Shown here one piece after another: positions 12,422 to 20,000 of a stretch of 20,000 nt of DNA (position 1 is its first letter; the number at the start of each line of letters is the position of its first letter). Both the position numbers and the translations under genes were made by a program. The DNA comes from Catajapyx aquilonaris. Taxonomy: Eukaryota. The notes beneath the pieces were generated by a model. It had not been told where the DNA came from and made no database searches. It saw nothing but the letters and a program-made list of their open reading frames with translations. The stretch spans positions 55,502-75,501 of the forward strand of contig KZ538392.1 of NCBI GenBank assembly GCA_000934665.2. The letters run 5' to 3'.

Positions 12422-13972
12422 CTGAGGCAAGAGGCGGAAGATTGACGTGGGCTGCCATTCCAGCATTTTTAATTAGCGGACTGCAATTCATTTCATCCCG
12501 CAGCCTCATTATGGCCGGCATGGTAAGGAGTCCGTGCGGCTGGGGCTCATGGAATTATTGTCATGGACCCGGAGAGGCTGCAAAACAAAGATGTTTGCAC
12601 CACGATAATTATGCCTGCTCTCAAGGTGCCGGTTCCTCCAACTCCCCCCTCCCCCCTACCTCCCAACCCATTCTTACGTCTGCAGCCACGATCAATAACA
12701 TTTTCCTTTCAACCTTCCCCAACGAAAAATGCAGGCTTCAACAACAATACTCTAATTGTTGCGTATTGGTTAGTTGGAAACATTACGCACTTAAGTAATT
12801 CTACATTTGCGTTAACATATCGGGCCGTGCCTACTAATAGCTGGCCTGTTTGCTTATTGTCACTGTCATTTCGCTGTCAGTGATTAATGCATTCAATCTT
12901 TACTAATTCACGTGTTCATTAACTTCGCAGCCAGGTTGAAATATTATGACAACGGTGATGTTCAGTAATTACTGGGCATCCTGACAACGACCAGACCTGG
13001 ATGTGGTCAACAGTGGTTCAACACCGCGCCCCCCGACCCCCACCTCCCAACCTCCGCAATATGTGCACACAAATGCAAACCTCCACAGTACTTAAGTCGG
13101 ATTACACGCCCATTATACCAACTCTGTGCGCGTCAACTAATCATAACTCGAAGCAAATAAATGAGTTTAAACAGAGTGGCGGATAAAACTGGATTAAACA
13201 TCAGGCATATAGTGTTCGATGTATTTGTTTCATGTATAATTTAGGGTGTGCTAATGTGCAAACAATGTAATGGGACATGTGACGCAGTGGTCCCTGACAA
13301 CCCAATTTTCCATCTTTAACACCATCACTTTCCGGGTCTGTAATACAACATGGCTGCACTGAATTTCCATTACCCCCACATGGAAGAAGCAGACTAAAAT
13401 GACTTCGACGAGAACCCGGATCTGCGATGTATCTAACCAGTTTTTCTTTTACTATCCTTGACGTCCCTGAGAACCCACTGCATAACACATAACACGGCTG
13501 ATAATGGTGTGGAGGAAAAAAAAAAAAATCTCAAGTCGGCTTGTCATCTCACACTTGATGGAAGACGACACTAGAAAATGCTGGATAATGCAAGCAGTTT
13601 CGCACTCACCTTCCATACAAAACCACCTTGCTCAACGATGCTCTTTAGTGTCTATCCACCTTTGCATTCTAAAGTTTCCTCCTGTTTGATCCCAACTCCA
13701 TAAATTCGCTAGTTACTTTAATTTTCTATCAGCTCCAAAGTTCCGGAGCACTTCCAAGTTGCAAAATGCAGCCTTTAATCCTAAGCTAGGTCCACTGTAT
13801 GAACGGATTGTGTACCAGTCTCTGAATTTTCAGAACTGGACTCCTCATATACAGTGCTTCAAGTGTGTGATTTCTAAGGACTTTAATCAGGGCGTTACCC
13901 TCACCGATTCTATAGCTAAAGCACATCAGACATGCATTCATCCCAACACTACAGTACTGAATGTGTCTTGTA

Positions 13973-14134
13973 CAGTACTGGCCAATAATCGAGGCAACGA
14001 CTAGCGACATTTTCCCGAAGCGGCAGAAGAAGGAATCTTGCTCGCCCGGCTTCTAGCATGCTTATCTTCGATTCCTTCTTCTGCCGCTTCGGGAAAATGT
14101 CGCTAGTCGTTGCCTCGATTATTGGCCAGTACTG
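13973..14134. mobile_element. Tc1-like MITE with perfect long inverted repeats and TA target-site duplication
   Basis: The 65-bp arms at 13973-14037 and 14070-14134 are perfectly complementary with a 32-nt spacer. TA lies at 13971-13972 and 14135-14136, within a reconstructed palindromic site TGTACA. The terminus CAGTACTGGCCAATAA resembles the Tc1 end CAGTGCTGGCCAAAAA. Confidence 0.9.
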
Positions 14135-15500
14135 TACATATCCGCTGAGCAAGGCGTTTTATCACGGTCCTCTGGCTGAAATCCCGAGGTGGGGTCAAGG
14201 TTGAACCCAGGGTCGAGTCAGCTCCGTTCGAAAATTCATTATGTATACGGGCAAGATAAGTGCAAGTTTGCTAAGCGGTTACCACCCTCCTCTGGGCAGG
14301 TTAATTAACGGATCTTTTTGATAAGCCAAACTGGAATGTGATATCCACTTGGCTTGGTTTTAATTTACCCTATGACACGACTGCGGTGTCGCGATGGCAC
14401 AAATTCCGGCTATTCCGCTGAACAAACACCACCGTTTCCAATAAGCATGCACATGGCATTCCATGTATTTGCGGGAACATTGGACCCGGCTGCACACACT
14501 TGAAAATTCGGACATGCCCACTACCAACAGGATCAATCGCTTATCTGATTGTGAGAATACGAGCGAAAACATCACGCCCAGTATACATACCTGGGTACAT
14601 GATAGGAAACTTCGGATATTGGCATGATTCGCACGTCGCCAGGAAGGACTGTAACCGGAAATGTGAGTTTCTCGACCAGTTCGCGAAAAAAAAGAGGGGG
14701 CTCCAACGGTGAGGAAAATAGGCCCCGGAATAACGGATATGCCGTATCGACTACTACCGGAAACGTGTCATTACACTTGAGAAAAATCGCAGTTATCTGG
14801 TTACTAACATTCGAAACGGGTTTCGCATTGCGGAAATAATAAAGAAGAAAAAAAGGGTCAACAAAACTGCAGTGGCATTGGCATCACAAGTGATGTGTCC
14901 ATTATCCAACCGAATTCTAGAGCCGGTCCGGAATTCAAAATCTGGCGGCTGGTATGTAGTGGGGTCCATAAAGGGCAGCAGTAGGCATTAAGTGAAGAAT
15001 AGTCCTGGGCGAGCTATGAAGTGCGATTCCATTAGCTGTATTAATAAGGTGCGGCTGGCAGAAAGCTCATTTTCCAGGGGCTTCCTTCCCCCCCCCCCCC
15101 CCNTCTCTCCTGCCCGCCCCACTTGTGGCACTTGCGGCCTCCGCATTCATATCACCCAAAACTGGTGGAAAGACAAAAGTCCGCCGTACAGACCGCATAC
15201 ACGGGTCATATTCTGAATGCTCGCATGGGCCAAATGAATAAAATATGGAGTTAAACACCGTGGCAAGGGACCCGGCTATCAGGATACCACCAGGTTGAAC
15301 TCCAACCGACACCAGCCTCCTGCACCTACCCCAGCCTTAAGCTTAGTTGCTCCACCCGCCGAGATGTCGCTCCAACATACTGTGGAGCGACACCAGCGCC
15401 AAATGGAGTGTTCGGACCTGCGCATTATAAGACCGTGCCCTACACCATATCATGCAGGGTGTATCAATACTCATGCAACATGCTTGAAATCGGCATTTAC

Positions 15501-15987
15501 CTTCCAGCTCGACCACCTTTCCAGCTCTTTTGAGGGCGCGTACGGCTTCGTCGTGCGTGGCGTCCCTCAGATCCTCGCCGTTGACGGACAGGATGGCATC
15601 GCCGACGTAGAGTTGCTCTGTCTGGTCTGCTGCCATTCCCTTGAAGATCTTGGAGATGAGGATGGGCATCTTGTTCTCCTTGCCACCCTTGATGGAGATT
15701 CCCAGTCCATTGTTGTCAGACTTAACCACGCGGACCACCCGCTTGTGGTTGGCCACTGACTCGGGCACGTCCACTACTTCACTGGCGCCAGTGCCACTTC
15801 CACCAGTACCAATGTCGCTGCCCCCGTTCACTGCACTCACATTCTCGTAACTTTCGTCTAGGCAGATGCTCAGGTAGTCCTCCTCCAGGGTTACGAACAC
15901 ACGGTGCCATTGGGACCTCACGTGGATCTCCAACAATCCCGAACGTCCGTAGCCCAAGCAGGCCATTTTATCCTGATCGCCACTCAT
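15501..15987 (-). CDS. Coding exon of an alpha/beta-type syntrophin (beta-1-syntrophin/Syn1-like): split PH domain N-half, Gly/Ser linker and PDZ domain; partial CDS that continues beyond the window
   Basis: The translation contains the syntrophin PDZ signature [81 protein letters not shown] (15744-15502). It is preceded by PH1a-like [31 protein letters not shown]. Homology stops at GAAG|GTAAAT (GT at 15500-15499), which is phase 1 in the Val of the expected EVKY. The start is ATG 15987 (MSGDQDK) or ATG 15966 (MACLG). The rest of ORF 15343..16170 is read-through into introns. Confidence 0.93.
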
Positions 15988-16006
15988 GATGATCAGCTGT
16001 TTCTGC

Positions 16007-16050
16007 CTGCAAATGTGTCCAAGAATGGCTATGACAACAAATGCATCAGC
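16007..16050 (-). other. Probable 3' splice acceptor of the syntrophin exon (exon starts at ~16006)
   Basis: The minus strand reads GCTGATgcatttgttgtcatagccattcttggacacatTTGCAG|gcagaaacagctgatcatcATG. This gives a branch-point-like CTGAT, a modest pyrimidine tract and CAG (AG at 16008-16007). Nearby AGs could be alternative acceptors. Confidence 0.6.
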
Positions 16051-18196
16051 GGCTTTGGCCTTAAATATACACTTAGCGCCTACAGAAGACATGAGGTAAC
16101 ATTCGGCTCCTGTGTAACTGTCCGGGCCTGCGAAGGACAGCCAGTTTTTTGCATATATGTTTGAGAACACCTCTGTCTCTCTCCCNCCCCCCCCCCCCCA
16201 TGAAACTTCCCACCCTCGTATTTATCTTTAATTGGCATTGCAAATACGCTTTTTGTATTCTGTTTGGTAAGGGGGAGCGAGGGTACATTTTCAACCTATA
16301 TCAGAACCGCTAGCTTCCGAGTTCGAATCGTCCCTTCAATCTACATCCATGTATGGCACCAGAGAAATTCACAACTTGTTGATATTAGACAGCAGGGGGC
16401 AATCCAAGTGTGAAATCGCATGTATACAGCGCAGACATGGTAATTCTCTGCCCACAGTGGCAAATTTTGGGGCTTCTTCACATTTTTCTTAATTTAACAT
16501 TGTTTGCCCAGCAGCCCAGGAGTGATTCATCCATCACCTCTCCCCATCCCAGCTGCTGGGACCGTCAACCTGGGTAGAAAAGCATTTCACACTCCAATAA
16601 CAATGTGATCACATTAAGTTAGCTTAGCCTACCTGCATTTATTGCCTTTGTTAATCTTATTAAAATCAAGAAGAAAAGTGTAAATGGCGTCTGGGGCAAA
16701 TGTACCCTCCCTAACAATTCCTTGCTTCAAAACTGCAAGTAGAAATAGGTGGCTAGGGGTTTAAGGGCGAGGTAGCGCTGAATCTGGCCTTTAGTGTGAA
16801 TTCCCAATATGCCTATTACTGCATACTACAATACTACGCTGAAAAAGCAAGCGCAATTCTCCATGCCATGAAAAAAAAAATACCAGAATTTCTCTCTCTA
16901 TCCATTTCCCAAGATAACCCTCGTGATCTAGAGCGCATCCCGAGTTCAAACATTTTCTTTCAACATGACCCACGGCTCTAAAAACGCGGCCGATGTATTT
17001 TTTTCCCCTCTCCTCTTCTATCCTAGAAAGGGTACATATCCCGGATGTTGATCCCGACTAAAGCAAGTCGGACGTGGAACGATTTCTGAGCTGCTAGCCG
17101 CCTTTATGACTCAATTGGGTCAGATGGATTCTCTTCAAAAGCCTCTTTATTATAACATTTTTTTTTTGTTTTACATTTTTTTTTACCGCTAGAATATTTT
17201 TTGTGTGTATATACCACCATATGGAAGGAGGATCTTCTGGCGTGCTTGATAGCTGAAACGTTGCTGGCATGAACAGGGCAAAAGATCATATGATCCCTAG
17301 GATGATACAATACCGGTATATAGACTGCCACGTCGGATAGTAAATTCAAATTTTATTCATCTTCGACCTGCACGTGCTGCGGGAACGAAATTGTTCCCAC
17401 TTCAAAGTGCTGGTTCAGTACCGGCCGTGTCGCTAATAGAGCCACCCAAAAACTCTTTCTATCTAGCCCCCCCCNAAAAAAGCCCACCAAAAAAATTTAT
17501 TTCATGTCCCGAGTACAATTAGTCGACTGAGGAATTCCAGCCAAGATGTTCAAAGGGCGCCCTACACTTATTGAGATTTACATAATGTTGCTTGGGCAAA
17601 TTGCTTGAAAAACTCCTACAATTTATCCATTTTAATTAAGTTACTCTCTACTTCTTTCAAGCCACTTGTTAGCATGCTGCTGCGCTTGAGCGCTACACTG
17701 ACGTTTGATAATCAGTGGCAAAAATATATCGCCGCTACAAAGTTCACACGCCACTGTAGGAACGCACCATAGACGCCAGGCCCCAGAGTTTTATAGCGCC
17801 AGTTCACTGATCCCGAGTCTGGCACCCCTCCCAACAAATAATTCGATTTGTGTCACTGCCGGCTAAATGTGCGGTGTTACCAAGCATACATATATATATA
17901 TATATTTGGGTCAACATTTATTTATTCACGGGAAATAACAGTCCAATTTCCCACTGGTTTCTGGCCACGCCAACTGCCAGCAACCGAGCTGCACTTGACA
18001 GATGGCCTGGAAGACGAACCCACATTCCCACGAGGTCTCCTTGGCCAGAATCCAGGTAAACAACACAGTTTCCTCTTTGCTACCACACATGCCGCAGATC
18101 TGGCTCGGACAAGTATGTGATGGGCTTCAAACTTGTCTGCTATCCTGTACCAAGCAATGGTTGAAAACTAAGGTTCACACGGACCTCATTGTCTTT

Positions 18197-18345
18197 GGGT
18201 TGTTGGCTAACGTCACAGCCTTCCACCTCTGAGGTCCCGCGTTCGATCCCCGGGTCGGAGAGAATATTCTCATGTGGAAAGAGTTTCGAGAGGTTCTCTC
18301 TGTGTTCGGATGCATTTTCTCAGGGTTATCCAGTTTCCTCCCCTA
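18197..18345 (+). mobile_element. Diverged copy of the same tRNA/V-like SINE
   Basis: CACAGCCTTCCACCTCTGAGGTCCCGCGTTCGATCCCCGGG...ATGTGGAAAGAGTTTCGAGAGGTTCTCTCTGTGTTCGGATGCATTTTCTCAGGGTTATCCAGTTTCCTCCC aligns colinearly with 19608-19738. The A-box is eroded and the 3' boundary is uncertain. Confidence 0.8.
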
Positions 18346-18676
18346 CGCCAGAAGTTGCGTTGGCTCCCCCAACTACCAAGTACATACCTTTAGGTTGTTA
18401 TGGTCAGTTTGGTTTATTGGGGAGTATTATTGGTTGTGGGATATCACAAAAATTAATTGCATAAAATTGCACACGATATATCTAAAACTGAAATGCCGCA
18501 CTCGAGCAGTGAGTCATACGCAAATTGTGCACACCAAATATTTAAAATCGCCCTCTGACACCATAACCAAAATACCGCAAATCGCAAATGTGATATATCG
18601 GTGCGTAGATTACAAATATGTCGATACTGAAAATATACTAACGCGCACCACTAATTGGGGGCCCAGTCCTCGCGGG

Positions 18677-18876
18677 TAAATAAATAAATAAAGCACTAAT
18701 TTGGGGAGCTGAGACGACTGAAACCACGAGAAGGGGGTCGTAAGAGAAGCCAGTTTTAGAACAGCAGGAGGAAGTACTCTCCGTACTCGAAACTTCCAGC
18801 ATAAGAAAATTCCATGAATCAAACACCAGGTCCTCAGAGGTGGAAGGTATGTCCTTAACCACTACACTGCCGTCCC
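18677..18876 (-). mobile_element. Inverted copy of the same SINE head with a different or diverged body and a (TTTA)n tail
   Basis: The minus strand reads GGGACGGCAGTGTAGTGGTTAAGGACATACCTTCCACCTCTGAGGACCTGGTGTTTGATTCATGG...TTCTTATGCTGGAAGTTTCGAG, matching the heads of the other two copies. It ends in TTTATTTATTTATTTA at 18692-18677. Confidence 0.72.
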
Positions 18877-19579
18877 TTTGCGCCGTATCCCTATACGACA
18901 ACGACCCCCATGTGAACCCATCCATCTCCCCACACCTCCAGCCCGGGCCACAAGTGTCTGCCCCCTTTTTTTCCATCTCCTCTTTTTGGCCCGCCATGTC
19001 GAAACACTGCTTACAGTTTCAGTCAACGATCCTGCATTTGTACAGAGTGCTTCCAGTGTCAAAAGCCATCCACATGACGACCCAGCCATTAGCATAAAGC
19101 ATACAGCTCATGCAGCCTTCTCATATCTCCCCGGTAGCACAATCCCCAGCGGGTGTATTTTTCCATCTACTTTTCCTACAAATCTTCTCCCGGCTGCATA
19201 TTTCACGTCAACAGTCCCTTACTCGCATTGTCTTCATGCCAGCATAAATCACCATATCAAACATAACCTCCCCACCGCCTCCCACAAACCCCCGCGTACT
19301 GCTCAGTTATCTTTGGAATGAGAGCGTGTTTTCAAAAACAGGAGGGAAAAAAAAAAGAAGTGCATGCGTGCCGTGCGCGGAAATTACCTCAGCTACTAAA
19401 TCATGGCTGCCAACATCACCGGTCATCTACCTACCAGCAAGACTAATATTTCGATATCGATATATTAATATTATTTTGTTTCAAAAGGACACACATCGGT
19501 TGAAAAGTGCACCAAATTCGATTTGATATTTACGCAATATTGAATTTCGATATACTGTATATTACTGTAATATTATTTT

Positions 19580-19846
19580 GGACGGCACGGTGGTGTAGTG
19601 GTTAGGGCCACAGCCTTCCATTTCTGAGGTTCCGAGTTCGATCCTCGGACCGGACGGAGGATACTTATGTGGATAGAGTTTCGACGGGTTCTCTTCGTGT
19701 TCGCGTGGGTTTTCTCGGGGTTCTCCCGTTTCTTCCCACAATCACACCCCATCACAGGACAGGCAATGAATAAAGCCGGTTTATGAAAAGATGATCCCCT
19801 AAGATCCCCCTGGGAAGAGGCATAAGGAGGCCTATCACGGGTTATT

Positions 19847-19919
<73 letters not shown>
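19580..19919 (+). mobile_element. Apparently full-length tRNA-derived SINE with V-domain-like core and (TTAT)/(TTA)n tail
   Basis: A-box TGGTGTAGTGG (19591-19601), tRNA-Gly(TCC)-like GCCTTCCA, and B-box GAGTTCGATCC (19634-19644). The core ATGTGGATAGAGTTTCGACGGGTTCTCTTCGTGTTCGCGTGGGTTTTCTCGGGGTTCTCCCGTTTCTTCCCACA (19667-19740) resembles the V-SINE conserved domain. A microsatellite tail spans 19842-19919. Related copies lie nearby. Confidence 0.85.
19842..19919. repeat. (TTAT)n/(TTA)n microsatellite (SINE tail)
   Basis: Directly visible: about four TTAT units followed by about twenty TTA units. Confidence 0.97.
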
Positions 19920-19920
<1 letters not shown>

Positions 19921-20000
19921 ATTGAGAGTGTGTCGTCTGAGATGGGCTGGGGTGGGGGGCGGGATGGGTTATATATAGGTTTTTTACAAGTTTTAATTTA

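Larger units (their letters stand above)
1..15500 (-). other. Inferred large intron of the syntrophin gene
   Basis: It begins at the GTAAAT donor at 15500. No exon encoding the expected continuation (VKY..REVTPYF-like) was found by eye on the minus strand. The sequence is repeat-rich with no recognisable ORFs. Confidence 0.65.

Noticed and set aside
15232..15270. Minus-strand TPYF codons as the next syntrophin exon
   Set aside because: The context reads PRCLTPYFIHL, not VKYLREVTPYF, and there is no suitable acceptor.
15295..15850. Plus-strand ORFs of 154 aa and 69 aa
   Set aside because: They are antisense shadows of the syntrophin exon.
15343..16170. The full 275-aa ORF as a single-exon protein
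   Set aside because: Only the central part resembles syntrophin. The homology is bounded by splice signals, and the flanking residues are intron read-through.
8121..17480. C/G homopolymers containing N (near 8128, 11147, 15103, 16186, 17475) as functional G-quadruplex elements
   Set aside because: The ambiguous bases within the runs show that length and sequence are unreliable here, so no functional claim can be supported.
19584..19655. Functional tRNA-Gly(TCC) gene
   Set aside because: The anticodon and acceptor stems do not pair properly, and the sequence runs on into a SINE core and tail.
250..19755. The many other 60-150 aa ORFs
   Set aside because: They have no recognisable domains, many use non-ATG starts, and several are translations of microsatellites, C-rich tracts, MITEs or SINEs.
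1..20000. CRISPR array, operon or prokaryotic defence system
   Set aside because: There are no regularly spaced repeats with spacers and no gene-dense organisation. The window is spliced animal DNA.

Overview
This is eukaryotic (animal, probably arthropod-like) genomic DNA, not a prokaryotic locus. The only recognisable protein-coding sequence is one minus-strand exon of an alpha/beta-type syntrophin gene (exon ~16006-15501; N-terminal half of the split PH domain plus the whole PDZ domain), with an AG acceptor and a phase-1 GT donor. I could not find the next exon, so 1-15500 is most likely one large intron, and 16007-20000 is an upstream intron or flank. The non-coding DNA carries several small non-autonomous mobile elements. 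These are two TA-flanked foldback MITEs (1030-1244 and 13973-14134), a DINE-1/HINE-like Helentron-derived element with an internal inverted copy of its own 5' end (~9772-10232), and three copies of one tRNA-derived SINE family with a V-domain-like core (18197-19919, one copy inverted). Degenerate SINE heads, microsatellites and C/G homopolymers are also present. I found no convincing new biological system. The best leads are the repeat families and one speculative alternative exon. All family assignments are from recalled consensus motifs, not database searches.
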